Part shown: positions 42,542 to 53,000 of the stretch, piece by piece
Position numbering within the stretch: position 1 is the stretch's first letter
Layout of the letters: every line of letters starts with the position of its first letter
Assembly (NCBI GenBank): GCA_036396535.1
Contig: DASWKR010000058.1
Location: 5,411-69,410, forward strand
Source: Acidimicrobiia bacterium
GTDB taxonomy: Bacteria > Actinomycetota > Acidimicrobiia > Spongiisociales > UBA5794
DNA length: 64,000 bases
Reading direction: 5' to 3'
The notes under the pieces: generated by a model
What the model was told of the DNA's origin: nothing
Database searches by the model: none
Seen by the model: only the letters and a program-made list of their open reading frames with translations
Made by a program: the position numbers and the translations under genes

Positions 42542-43491
42542 GCTTCCCCTCCGAGGCGGATGCGGGGGTTGAGCCACGAATACGCCAGGTCGGCGAGCAG
42601 CATCGCCACTTGGAAAGCGGTCGCCACGACGAGGACCCCACCGGCGAGCAGCGGGAAGTCGGCCTTCTGGGCGGCGTCGAACAGCAGCCGTCCGATGCCC
42701 TGGTAGTTGAACAGCACCTCGACGACGACAAGGCCGCCGATGAGGTAGCCGATCTGCGAGGCGATGACCGCGATCGTCGGCAGCAAGGCGTTACGCAGCA
42801 CCTCGCGCCGGATCACCTGGCGGCGGGGTAGCCCTTTGAGGATCGCGGTTCGGGTGTAGTCGGCGTCGAGTGCTTCGACGACGCCTGCTCTCGTGATCTT
42901 GGCGATGTACCCGAACAGCACGAGGACGAGCGGTATTGCCGGGAGGATGAGGTAGCGCAGCTGCGTCAGGAGCCCCGATCCTGGCGGGGCCGCCGCCGTC
43001 CCGGGTAGCCAGCCGAGCCAGATCGCGAACACGAGGATCAACACGATTCCCGAGACGAACTCCGGGATCACCGTGGCGGACAGACCACCGACCGTGATGA
43101 TCCTGTCGGTGAGCTGGCCGCGCCGCAGGGCCGCCATCACGCCACCGAGGATCGAGATCGGCACCACGATCACGAAGGCCACGGAAGCCAGCTTCGCCGA
43201 GTTGACGAGGGCCCTCCCGAGCAGCTCCGACACCGGTCGCGACAGGCTGACCGACGTGCCGAGGTCGCCGGTGACGGCGTTGGAGATCCACGACCAGTAC
43301 TGCACGTACAGGGGCTGGTCGGTGCCGAGCCGGGCGGCGAGCGCGTCGATCGCCTCCTGCGTGGCGAACGGACCGAGGATTCGACGCGCCACGTCACCTG
43401 GAAGCATCTGGGTCCCCGCGAAGACGAGGAGGCTGATCAGGACCAGCGTGATCAGAGCCAGGCCGATTCGACGAACGACGTACCTCGGCAT
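42538..43491 (-). CDS. peptide ABC transporter permease (DppB-like)
   Basis: PGDVA, GDLGTS, DYTRTAILKGL and LRNALLP motifs. Confidence 0.94.
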   Translation of the reverse strand: MPRYVVRRIGLALITLVLISLLVFAGTQMLPGDVARRILGPFATQEAIDALAARLGTDQPLYVQYWSWISNAVTGDLGTSVSLSRPVSELLGRALVNSAKLASVAFVIVVPISILGGVMAALRRGQLTDRIITVGGLSATVIPEFVSGIVLILVFAIWLGWLPGTAAAPPGSGLLTQLRYLILPAIPLVLVLFGYIAKITRAGVVEALDADYTRTAILKGLPRRQVIRREVLRNALLPTIAVIASQIGYLIGGLVVVEVLFNYQGIGRLLFDAAQKADFPLLAGGVLVVATAFQVAMLLADLAYSWLNPRIRLGGEA

Positions 43492-43505
43492 CAGGCGGAG
43501 GCAAG

Positions 43506-43534
43506 CCGGGTCTCGAGCTCCGCTCGAAACCCGG
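43506..43534 (-). terminator. intra-operon stem-loop after the solute-binding protein gene
   Basis: CCGGGTCTCGAGC-TCC-GCTCGAAACCCGG; the single mismatch is a G-U pair on the minus (sense) strand. Confidence 0.6.
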
Positions 43535-43554
43535 GCCGCCCGGCGTCGGTGGGA

Positions 43555-45342
43555 TCAGCCAGTGAACCCCGCGTTCGTGATGTCATAGTGGCCCATCCCC
43601 GTGACCTGGAGCCCTTGGAAGTTGGGCACGGTCACCGAGATGAAGTCGATGAAGTACGGCACGATGAACGGCACTTCGTCCCACAGCATCGCCTGGATCT
43701 GGCCGGCCAGCTGACGCTGGACGTCCAGATCGGGAGCCGCGGTGAAATCGGCGAACAGCTGGTCGTAGTCGCTGTTCACCCAATGCGACGCGTTCCACTG
43801 CCCATCGCTCAGGAGCGGCGCCCCCATGTACACATTGGGAACCCCTCGATGGCCGTAGTTCACGATGCCCATCGACTGCACGCCACCGGGTGTGCACGGG
43901 CCCTCGTACGGGAAGCTGCACCAGTAGTCCTGGTAGTACGTTCCGCTGTCGTAGACCCCCACCGTGAGGTCCACGTTGAGCTGAGCCGCCGACGCCTGGA
44001 CGAGCTGGGCGAGGTCCTCCATCTCGGCGAACTGGAGGGTGTCCAGTGCGGCGCTGAACCCTCCGCCCACACCAGCCGCCTCCAGCAGCGACTGCGCCGT
44101 GGCGAGGTCGGCTTCTCTCTGCGTGACCGCCGCAGGGTCGAACATCGGGAAGACCTCCCAGATGGGATGGTCGTTGCCCACGATGCCGAACCCACCGAGC
44201 AGGCCCTGGACGAGCAGCGGACGGTCGAGCATGAGTGCCATCGCCTGCCGTACCCGCTTGTCACCGAACGGCGGTTGGCTCGCATCCATGTAGATCTGGC
44301 GATGCTGAGCTGTCGGCACGCTTTGGGTGGTGGCGCCGCCCGACTCGAGGGTCTCCGCGTTCGAGAAGCTGACCCGGTAGAGCACGTCGAGGAGCCCACC
44401 CTGGAACTGGGTGATCATGGCGGACTCGTCCCCGAAGAAGGCCACTTCCATGCGATCGGGCTGGTTCGAGTTGTCACCCCAGTAGTTCGGGTTCTTGGTG
44501 TACACCGCTGAGACCCCGGGCTCGTAGCTCTCGTTCAGCCATGGGCCGGTCCCGATGAAACTCTGCTCGTAGGTACCCGCGTCGTACGTCTCCCAGAACG
44601 ATGCCGGGAGGATGACCGCGTTGTAGTTGTCGGAGCTGACGAAGAACGGGAAAGCACCGTTTGGCCTGGCAAGCGTGAACTGGACCGTGCGATCGTCCAC
44701 GACCACTGCCGCGTTCTCGGCCTCCACCCCGTACGTCTCGTAGGCCGAGCCGGCATTCCCGGTGCCGATGGGACCGTTGAACGTGGCAGCGACGTCGGCC
44801 GCCGTGAGCGGCGTGCCGTCGTGGAATGTCACCCCTTCACGGAGCGTGAACGTCCACACGTCGAGCGTGTCGTTGGACTCCCAGCTCTCGGCGAGGACGG
44901 GAACCACGTTGAGCTCGGAGTCGGAGAACGTCAGGTACTGGGCCGTCTGGCCCAGCAGCGAGAGGCCCGCTTCGTCGTTGATGAGCACCGGGTCGATACC
45001 GACAGCAGGTCCCGGGGCCACTCCGATGCGCACCGTTGCGGGACCCGCGGGCGGCGCCGTGGTTGGTGCCGCCGTGGTGCCCGGCGCCCCCGTGGTTCCG
45101 GGCGCCCCCGTCGTTCCGGGCGCCCCCGTGGTTCCGGGAGCAACGGTGGTGGTTCCTTCTCCGTCGCCTCCGCACGCCGCCGCCAAGAATCCGAGAGCAG
45201 GCAGGCTCATGCCGATGATCGTGCCCCGCCGGATGAAGTCCCGCCGGCTGATCTTGCCGGCGGAGTACTCGTCGATGATGTGATTCTCGATGTGGCTCGA
45301 ACGCCGACGGATCGCGTCGACCCGCCTCTGCTTGTCGTTCAT
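43555..45342 (-). CDS. family 5 ABC solute-binding lipoprotein, Tat-exported
   Basis: SRRDFI twin-arginine motif, LAAAC lipobox, PVLAESW and LREGVTFHDG. Confidence 0.92.
   Translation of the reverse strand: MNDKQRRVDAIRRRSSHIENHIIDEYSAGKISRRDFIRRGTIIGMSLPALGFLAAACGGDGEGTTTVAPGTTGAPGTTGAPGTTGAPGTTAAPTTAPPAGPATVRIGVAPGPAVGIDPVLINDEAGLSLLGQTAQYLTFSDSELNVVPVLAESWESNDTLDVWTFTLREGVTFHDGTPLTAADVAATFNGPIGTGNAGSAYETYGVEAENAAVVVDDRTVQFTLARPNGAFPFFVSSDNYNAVILPASFWETYDAGTYEQSFIGTGPWLNESYEPGVSAVYTKNPNYWGDNSNQPDRMEVAFFGDESAMITQFQGGLLDVLYRVSFSNAETLESGGATTQSVPTAQHRQIYMDASQPPFGDKRVRQAMALMLDRPLLVQGLLGGFGIVGNDHPIWEVFPMFDPAAVTQREADLATAQSLLEAAGVGGGFSAALDTLQFAEMEDLAQLVQASAAQLNVDLTVGVYDSGTYYQDYWCSFPYEGPCTPGGVQSMGIVNYGHRGVPNVYMGAPLLSDGQWNASHWVNSDYDQLFADFTAAPDLDVQRQLAGQIQAMLWDEVPFIVPYFIDFISVTVPNFQGLQVTGMGHYDITNAGFTG
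45072..45141. repeat. 18-bp coding tandem repeat (APGTTG)x4 in the binding-protein linker
   Basis: Repeated ggcgcccccgtggttccg units. Confidence 0.85.
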
Positions 45343-45561
45343 TGGGGGACTGCCTTCCCGGCCCACCGTCGGGGCCTGCTCGTCCACGATAGAACCGCGT
45401 CCCTGAAGGCTGCAACGGACAGGCTCTCGTTGGAAGCACCCCGACCCCATCCCGGCGGTCGCCCCGGTCCCTGACACGCCGCCAGCCGAGAGGGTGCCCG
45501 AGCATCCCGCCAGGGACCGAGCCGAGGGTTGCCCTGCGAGCCGTCTCCACTACGCGCTCGG

Positions 45562-48500
45562 TCAGAGGCCGAACTCGTCGGCGTACACGAGGCGCTGTTC
45601 CCAGACGGGGGGCGGAGCAGCGAGGCCGATGGCGCCCAGGTCCGCCGGATCACCGGGGAGCCGCTCCCATTCCTCGACGGTCACCCGCCAGTTGGCGATG
45701 TGTCCGGGGCGCCGCAGGCCGATGTTGCGAGGCGACTCGAGCGTGCCGACCCAGGCTGCCTGGGCGATGTCCGGCAGCCCCGAGCCGGCGTCCCGCCCGG
45801 TCCCACGAACCTCGAGCTGGGCCACGTCCACCGTCTCCCATCCGAGATCGGTGGGGATCTCCCGGTCACGCCGCTGCAACCTGGCGAACACCAGCCTGTT
45901 GGCGGTGATCGACTCGGCATACGCTTCGAGCGGTCCTCCTTGCACGAAGGTGCGAATGCCGACCGGTCCGCTCACCACCACCCGGACGTGGCGAACGTCC
46001 GTGCGGCTCACGCTCGTGGTGCGCTCGGCCGGGAGCTGCACGTAATCGCACAGCACCTGGGGCGAGAGGTGAAGCTCGCCGATGCTGTCCGGCTGGTAGC
46101 GGGCAACCGCCAGCCGCACGAACGGCCAGAAGGCGTTGCCGGGATCGATGGCCACGTCGACGTACCAGAGCTTTCGGGTGGCGTTGTACTTCGGCTGGTA
46201 GCCCAGCACCGTGACGGTCGAGCCGTCCGGGAGCCTCCGCATCGTCGGGGGGGTCTCGGGCCGGGCGTCCCCCGGCCGGTCGTCGAGCCCCGAGGCGTGC
46301 AGCAGGTTGTCGAGCTCCAACGACATCGCCCTCTTCTCGACCGGCGCCGAAACCCAGACAGGATCGGCGCCCCATTGGCTGACCTTGCCGTCGACGTTCC
46401 CGTCGTCCCCGAACGGCGCGATCAGCACGCCGAGCAACTCGCCCTCGCCCGACGAGTACCACGGCCGCTCCAGATAGATGCGCGCCCCCGCCCTCCGGCT
46501 CCTCCGCACCGCGACCGGCTGCTCCGGTTCGGTGCCCTCGTCCCATCGGAAGAGGGGGACGACGGAGTGGACGACCGGGGCGGCGGGCCGTGCCGAGCTC
46601 GGGATGGATCTCGTGATCTCGGGCCCGACGACGCTCTGGCCGTCGTCGTCCGGCAGGCCTTCGACGGGGTCCGACGGCTGCAGCTCGGAGGCGTCGAAGT
46701 ACTCCCGGAAGCGGGTCGCCGCCCGAAAGCGATAGCCGATGGTGTGGTGCCTGGTGTCGCCGATCGGGTGGATCGCCCGGTGCGCCCAGACGGAGCCGAA
46801 GCCCTCGACGTCGACTTCGGTGTCGGGTAGCGGCCCCCACAGGACGGAGAGGTCCTCGGCTTGGCGAACCGACGTCGTGAACGCCACGGCTCGCACCGAC
46901 ACGGTCGACGGGCCGTCGCTGGCCAAGTCGTCGATCGGGTCGGACCACCTCGCCTCCGCCGTGAGCTGCTCGGTGCTCGGACCGTGGACGTCGACCGCAC
47001 CCCAGAACCAGGCGTCCGTCGAGCCTTCCCCTCCTCGCACGACGGCGAGCTCTGTCGGACGCGGAGCCTCGAGAGGGCGAGGCACGGCATGCACCAGCGT
47101 CACCTCGTCGAAGGGGGTCAGTGCCCACAGCCAGCCGTCCACGGCCGCCTCGACGACGTCCTCGTTGTCGCGTAGGACGGGCGGCAGGATGCGCCACAGT
47201 CCGAACCGCTCCAGGTCGTCCCTGGCGAGGGACGAGGCAAGACGGAACCTCTGGACGTCTCCCGGAGGAAGCAGGAGGCGCAGGGTCGTGCCTCGCAGAC
47301 GCCCGTCGAGGATGTCTCCGCCCCCGAGGACGAGCCGGAACGGGCGGCGCCCCGGCCACCGCCCCCGGTAGCGGGCGGTGAAGCCCTCGACACCGAAGGG
47401 GAACACGATGAAGCGGTCGCCGCCCGCCTCGGGAAACACGACGGAGATCCCTCGGGCGGCAACGTCGGGGAGATATGGAACCACGGGCTCGTCGACGTCG
47501 TGGACGACGTATTGGCCCGGAGCCGGGGCCTCGCCCGGTGCCAACGGAAGGGCCTGGAGCGCCGAAGCGGGCACACCTGGGTCGTGTTCGAGCGCAATGC
47601 TCTCTTGCGGCTCGAGCACGTTCGGGTCGTCGAGGCGAGGGACGGCGACGTCGAACCACGTCCCCGCCTCGCGCACGGCAACTGCCAGCATGGCGTCGTG
47701 ACGTGCCTGGCTCGTCGAGCCGATCGCCCTGTCGAACGCTCCGAACAACTCCGCCTCGGACTGGCTCGTCTTGGGTGGTGCCAGGTGGCGTTGCGACGTG
47801 GGCCGGTAGCCGAGCACCGAGCCTGCCGCGTAGTCGTCGGGAGGCGTGACCGTGATCGCCAGGGTGTCTCTGTCCTGCTCGACCCCGGAACGGATGACGA
47901 GATGGCGCAGTGACTCACCAGCCGTGAATCGACGCCGCGCAACGACCGCCGGCGGCTGAACCGGATCCCACCGGAGGAACGGCCGCAGGGCGGTGACGAT
48001 GTCGGCGAGCTCGCCCATCGGAGGACCGTCCGGGGTGGCGATGAGGCGGGCGAGGGTGGCGGCGTCCCGGACGGCAGTCGTGACGAGGAACGGCTGCGAG
48101 TCGTCGAGGGCGACGTCCCCGAAGGCGCGACCAACGATGTCGGCACGGTCGACCGGCCGCCTCCCGGAGCGGTCCGGCCGCCGCGAGCGGAGTCTCCCGA
48201 GTACATCTTCCGGGATGTTCCCGGCGTCCCGGGCGTCGAACAAGCGCGCCCGGGTGGTCGCCGGCTCTTGACGTCTTCGCATCACCGCGGCGGCCGTCTC
48301 GGCCCGCAGCATGGCTGCCAGCCGGCTCGTCGGGCCGGCCGGGGCGGCCGGGCCGGCCGCCGCGGCCGACTCGGCCTCCGGCCCTGCAGGAGACGCCCCC
48401 AGAGGCCGGGTCCTGCTGTTGCCTGCCAGGTCGACCCCCCAGGCCCGAAAGGCGTACGAGCGGCCGTAGCGCAGTCTCGGGAGTGAGCCGGGCTCGACCT

Positions 48501-50055
48501 TGTTCTCCACGACGATGGGGGTCACATGGTCGGGATCGACGTTCGGGTCCTCGACCACCTCGTCGCCGTTCACGTGCCGGACTCGCTTGCCCGGGCGGGG
48601 TGCAGCCAGGCTCCAACCGTCCCAGCCGAAGAGCGCCTCGTGGACGTGCACCGGCCCGTCTTCGACGCCCGCAGACTCGGTCGCGGTCGTGCCTTGGATG
48701 AAGCCCTCTTCCGGGAGGTCGTCGGCGACGGTGCCGTGGCCGTCGACCTCGACGTCGATTCGTCTGGCGTGCAGGCTGAACCACCCGCCGGCGGTGTCGT
48801 CGAAGACGTCGACACGCATGCCCTGGGTCACGTCCTCCGTCGTGAGCTCCGGAGTCTTCCCCTGATCGAGCTCCTCGAGGAGGCCCTCCTGTCTCGCCAG
48901 GCGGTCCTGGGTCGCCATCCCCTTCTGGTCGCGCACCACGGTGAAGCCGATCGAGCGCAACGCCGTCGGTGCAGCGTGGACGGCGTCGCCGTTGTCCTCC
49001 ACGTGCAGCAGACGCGGGAACGACCAGAGGTAGCGATCGAGCTTCAGGGCGGTGCCGTCCGGGTCCATGTCGAGCACGTCGAAGCGGTCGGCGTCCCCGA
49101 GCCGCAATGCCCCGTCGTGCCAGGCTTCGGTGCTCGGGACCGTGACGAGGTGGTCGCCGGCCGTGGCACACAGCACGCGCCCGGTCCGGCAGGCTGCGGT
49201 ATCACCGTTGACGACGATCGACCCGGTGAGCCATTGGCTCGAGCCGAGCCGGGCCGGATCACGGACGACCAGATCGACGACCAATCCCAGGCGCCGCTGC
49301 AAGGTCGGGTGGTCCGCCGCCAGGCTGCAGCGCTCGTGGAAGTCCGGGGCAGGGCGCGGCAGCTCGTCGGCAACGGCGCCCTCCACCGGCCGCCGCTCGT
49401 AGGCCCTCGCCGACTCGGGCCGCTCGTAGAAGCGCCTGGCTCGATGGAGCTCCAGCGTGAACTGCGAGAACGGGTCCTGCTGTGACGCGATCCGCTTCTC
49501 GATCTCGGCCAGGCTCATGCCCGGCTCGCCGGTCGAACCGCTCTCTCCGAGCTGGGCGTCGAGGCTGCGTGTCATCGTGGCCTCGCTCCACTGCACGTCG
49601 TCGAACCCCCCGGAGAGGCGGCGCATCAGCGGCCCGAGCGGGTGCATGCTCGGCGCAGGAGGCGAAGTCGGCGAAGCGAATATCGCCGCCACGTGCAGGA
49701 GCTTCCCTGCGTCGTGGACCGTCCTCGCCCTGAACGTCCGCCAATGCCGATCGGACCACGCCGGGCCGCTCGGAGCGCGCACCGGCGTCGCAGGCGGGAA
49801 GGCGGCGTCCCAAGTGTCCGGCTCGATCGGATCGAGGATCGGGTCGGCTTCGACGGTGCCGGCTTGGTCGGCGAGCTCGAAGGCGGCGCCGTCGAGCAGC
49901 CCAGCCGCCCAGTGCGGGAACAGCGTGAAGGCCTTGAGGGGTCCCTCTCCCCCGTCGGGCGTGAGGGCAGGCGCCACGAACAGCGACACGTGGAAATCGT
50001 CGCCGGGGGCTCGCGAGTGCGGGAGGGCGAGCACGGTGTAGATCTCGGTTGCCAT
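45562..50055 (-). CDS. giant hypothetical protein B (about 1500 aa, beta-rich, FN3/Ig-like motifs)
   Basis: Protein-like composition from MATEIYTV onward; alternative GTG at 50061 overlaps the upstream stop; motif YAFRAWGVDLAGNS; no signal peptide or TM segment. Confidence 0.85.
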   Translation of the reverse strand: MATEIYTVLALPHSRAPGDDFHVSLFVAPALTPDGGEGPLKAFTLFPHWAAGLLDGAAFELADQAGTVEADPILDPIEPDTWDAAFPPATPVRAPSGPAWSDRHWRTFRARTVHDAGKLLHVAAIFASPTSPPAPSMHPLGPLMRRLSGGFDDVQWSEATMTRSLDAQLGESGSTGEPGMSLAEIEKRIASQQDPFSQFTLELHRARRFYERPESARAYERRPVEGAVADELPRPAPDFHERCSLAADHPTLQRRLGLVVDLVVRDPARLGSSQWLTGSIVVNGDTAACRTGRVLCATAGDHLVTVPSTEAWHDGALRLGDADRFDVLDMDPDGTALKLDRYLWSFPRLLHVEDNGDAVHAAPTALRSIGFTVVRDQKGMATQDRLARQEGLLEELDQGKTPELTTEDVTQGMRVDVFDDTAGGWFSLHARRIDVEVDGHGTVADDLPEEGFIQGTTATESAGVEDGPVHVHEALFGWDGWSLAAPRPGKRVRHVNGDEVVEDPNVDPDHVTPIVVENKVEPGSLPRLRYGRSYAFRAWGVDLAGNSRTRPLGASPAGPEAESAAAAGPAAPAGPTSRLAAMLRAETAAAVMRRRQEPATTRARLFDARDAGNIPEDVLGRLRSRRPDRSGRRPVDRADIVGRAFGDVALDDSQPFLVTTAVRDAATLARLIATPDGPPMGELADIVTALRPFLRWDPVQPPAVVARRRFTAGESLRHLVIRSGVEQDRDTLAITVTPPDDYAAGSVLGYRPTSQRHLAPPKTSQSEAELFGAFDRAIGSTSQARHDAMLAVAVREAGTWFDVAVPRLDDPNVLEPQESIALEHDPGVPASALQALPLAPGEAPAPGQYVVHDVDEPVVPYLPDVAARGISVVFPEAGGDRFIVFPFGVEGFTARYRGRWPGRRPFRLVLGGGDILDGRLRGTTLRLLLPPGDVQRFRLASSLARDDLERFGLWRILPPVLRDNEDVVEAAVDGWLWALTPFDEVTLVHAVPRPLEAPRPTELAVVRGGEGSTDAWFWGAVDVHGPSTEQLTAEARWSDPIDDLASDGPSTVSVRAVAFTTSVRQAEDLSVLWGPLPDTEVDVEGFGSVWAHRAIHPIGDTRHHTIGYRFRAATRFREYFDASELQPSDPVEGLPDDDGQSVVGPEITRSIPSSARPAAPVVHSVVPLFRWDEGTEPEQPVAVRRSRRAGARIYLERPWYSSGEGELLGVLIAPFGDDGNVDGKVSQWGADPVWVSAPVEKRAMSLELDNLLHASGLDDRPGDARPETPPTMRRLPDGSTVTVLGYQPKYNATRKLWYVDVAIDPGNAFWPFVRLAVARYQPDSIGELHLSPQVLCDYVQLPAERTTSVSRTDVRHVRVVVSGPVGIRTFVQGGPLEAYAESITANRLVFARLQRRDREIPTDLGWETVDVAQLEVRGTGRDAGSGLPDIAQAAWVGTLESPRNIGLRRPGHIANWRVTVEEWERLPGDPADLGAIGLAAPPPVWEQRLVYADEFGL

Positions 50056-50057
50056 GG

Positions 50058-53000
50058 TCACGCTCCAGCGAATGCGAGGCAGTACTCGGACCAGGCGGGC
50101 GACGAGCCGTCCGCCTCGAGGCCCATCACGTCGACGAAGTCGGGGTCGCCGTTCGAGCCGGCGAATCGGCGCTCGGTACGGATCGTCACGGACATCGAGA
50201 ACATGAACACCTCGACCTTGACGGTCAGCGAGGCGCTGCCGACCATCTTCCCGGTCGCGAAGTCGTAGAGCAGCTCCAGGTACAGCTCGATGGACGCCGA
50301 GATGAGGCCGAGCACGTCGACCTCGCCGCGCAGCCGGAAGTACCCGGCGAGAGAACCGCCGTCGCCTTCGAGGCGCATGTAGATGCCGAGCATCGCCGAC
50401 ACGGACCCGGAGGCGACACCGAAGTCGACGGAAAGCACCGCCCCTGCCTCGAGGCCGACCTCGAGCAGGTCGAGCCCGTCGGGGGAGAGACGGAGCATGC
50501 ACCATCCGCCGCCACCGATGAACAGCACTGCCAGGGTGAAGGGGCGCTCCCTCGTGCAGAAGTTGAAACCGACAGTGACGGCCTCTCCGAGGAACGGCAC
50601 CCTGACGTCCGCCCCGAGCGAGATGTTCGACAGGTTGAACACCCCGACGGCGACGCTCGGGAGTGCCAAGGTGAACCCGGCCGTGATGCCCTCGGCCGAC
50701 ACGTCGAGGTACGGCGGGTCGGAGAACCCGTCGAACGGGATGAGGTCCTTGAGCCTCTCGATGAAGCCGAGGATCCCGAGGAACTCGATGTCCTGGAGGA
50801 CGACGTCGACCTCCGGCTTGCCGCTCGACCCGGCGTGGAACGAGATGTGGTCGAAACGGAAGCGGACGAGCGGCTCGTCGGGGAGCAGCAGGAGCTCGAA
50901 GTCGCGCAGCTCCGCCAGCACGTCGACCTTCATCCCGTCGTTGCCCGCCGCCCTGCCCTCGACGGCGAGCACGAAGCTGTCCTTCTCCAACTGGAGGATG
51001 GGCGTGGCGTTGCTCGGCCACGACTTCATCTCCGGCTTCCACTCGAAGCGGTACGTCGCCTGGATCCCGCTGGTGGCGAACCCCTTGACGAATGCCAGAA
51101 CGTCCTCGAACAGGTCGACTGCGGTTGCCAGCTCATCCAGGACGGCCGCCATCGAGAGGAGTTGCTGGCGGACGAGGGGTGGGAGGAGCGGGGCAACGGT
51201 CTTGATCTGTGCCGCCGCGGCCGACAAGTCGGTGGTCGGCTGATCGAGAGCGTCGATCACGTCGGCGATCTCGCTCGACGCCGTGAGCGACTCGATGGCG
51301 GCGATCACCGCCCCGGCCGCTCCGGACCCCGGAGGGTTGCCGGCGACGAGCTGCTGGAGGGCCTCTACCTGGGCGCGGGCTTGCTCTGCCGCATCGACCA
51401 GCTCCTGGCCGACCCCGTCCACGACCTTCGCCTGAGCCCGCTCCACCTCGGCGATCGCCTCGTCCACGGCGTCCTGGACGACCTGCTCGAGGCGCTCGAG
51501 GTCGAGCATGAAGGACTCGATCCTGTCGAGCGCCTCGGAGACGACCGAGGGGGCGCCGTCGAGACCGACGGCCTCGAGGATGTCGGTGAGCTCGACGATG
51601 CCGAACAGCTTCGGGAGGGCGATGCTCGCCAGGATGTCGGTTGGATCGAAGGCGCCCAGCGCCGCCTGAACGGGATCGCCGATGACACCCTTGACCCGCG
51701 ACAAGCCGCCGATCTTGAGGTTCGGCTGGATGAACCCGCCGGCCTTGTCGGACCCGGCCCCGTTGCCGCCGAACGCCAGCTCCTTGCCGGCGTCCTTCAC
51801 CTCGGCCCACACCTCGCCGACGTTGCCTCCTCCGAACCCGGTGAAGGCGTCCGGGTACTTGATCGTCACGGGACCGACCGCCGAGAGTTGCTGGACGGCA
51901 GGCAGTTCGACGACGGCGTCGACGAGCTTCGGGTTGGAGCCGTGGTTCCTGGCGGCGCCTCCGAGCTGGATCTGGTTCGTCGGGACGGTCGTGTCTCCGC
52001 TCTTCGTCGGCTCGGCGTATGCGACGTCCTGTCCACTGGCGGCGACGAATCGAGCCGGGTCCGTCGCGTAGGTCCCGTCGATGTCGGCGTAGTCGTGGTA
52101 CGAGTCGGACACCCACATGAGCTGGGCGCGCAGCCGCACCTTGCGTCCTTCCCAGTCGGTGCAGTGGAGCACGAAGTGGAAGCGCTGGTTGGCGACCATC
52201 GGGAAGAAGTGCTTGTTCTGCCCCGCTCCGGGATCGGGGAACAGGGTCGGTGTGACCAGCGGGGCCAGCCGCACCTCGCGGAACGGGAACCGGGTGTCGT
52301 CGAACCGCACGACCGGCTCGTTCACGATGAGGAACTTCTTCTGGTAGAGCGCCGCCAGCGACGGGGCGGCCTTCTTCATCTTGCGCTCGGTGAGCTTGAC
52401 GAGCGTCGCCTTCGGGCCCACCGGGTACAGGTAACCCGGGTAGGTGACCCTGACGTACTGGTCGCGGCCCATCGGGGCGATGTGATCCCAGGAGAGGATG
52501 GCCGCCATCGCCGAGCTCGGGTCACCCTCCTCCCACGACGTGTACGGGTCTGTGTCCCACAGGCCGTGGACATCGAGCCAGGCGCCGAGGCTCGACACGT
52601 ACAGGGAGTTGACGTCGACGGGCTCCGGCGAGATGGGGCTGTTCTTGGAGTCGAGCCATGTCTCGGCGCTCTGCCTCACGAGGATGTGCCTGTCGTCGGG
52701 GTCGAGCGACATCCGGAACGGGAAGTTGGCGTGGACCGCGTCGCGGCGTTGCTCCCAGTCCGGCATCGCCTCGCGGTCCCTCGCCCAGATCGCTCGAATG
52801 ATGCGCTGCCCGGCGGCACCCTCGTCGACGGCGCCGGTGGCGCCGTCCTCTCGCACTCCGAGCCGGCTGTGCCACAGCTCGACGCGGTGCGGCGAGTCGG
52901 GGTCGCGGACCGGACCGGTCGAGTGTGCCCATCCTCCCTGCTCGCTCGGCGAGATCTGGAGGCGGAACGGCGCCTCGATGGCCGTCTCCAGGGGCTCGGG

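Noticed and set aside
45343-45561. Possible riboswitch upstream of the ABC solute-binding gene
   Set aside because: No glycine, cobalamin, SAM or TPP consensus recognised; a plausible TTGCAG-18-TATCGT promoter leaves only a short leader
50062-51042. N-terminal extension of the 1826-aa ORF overlapping giant gene A in another frame (possible frameshift fusion)
   Set aside because: Arg/Gly-rich shadow-frame composition typical of high GC; no slippery site noticed; a coupled start exists at 50061/50055
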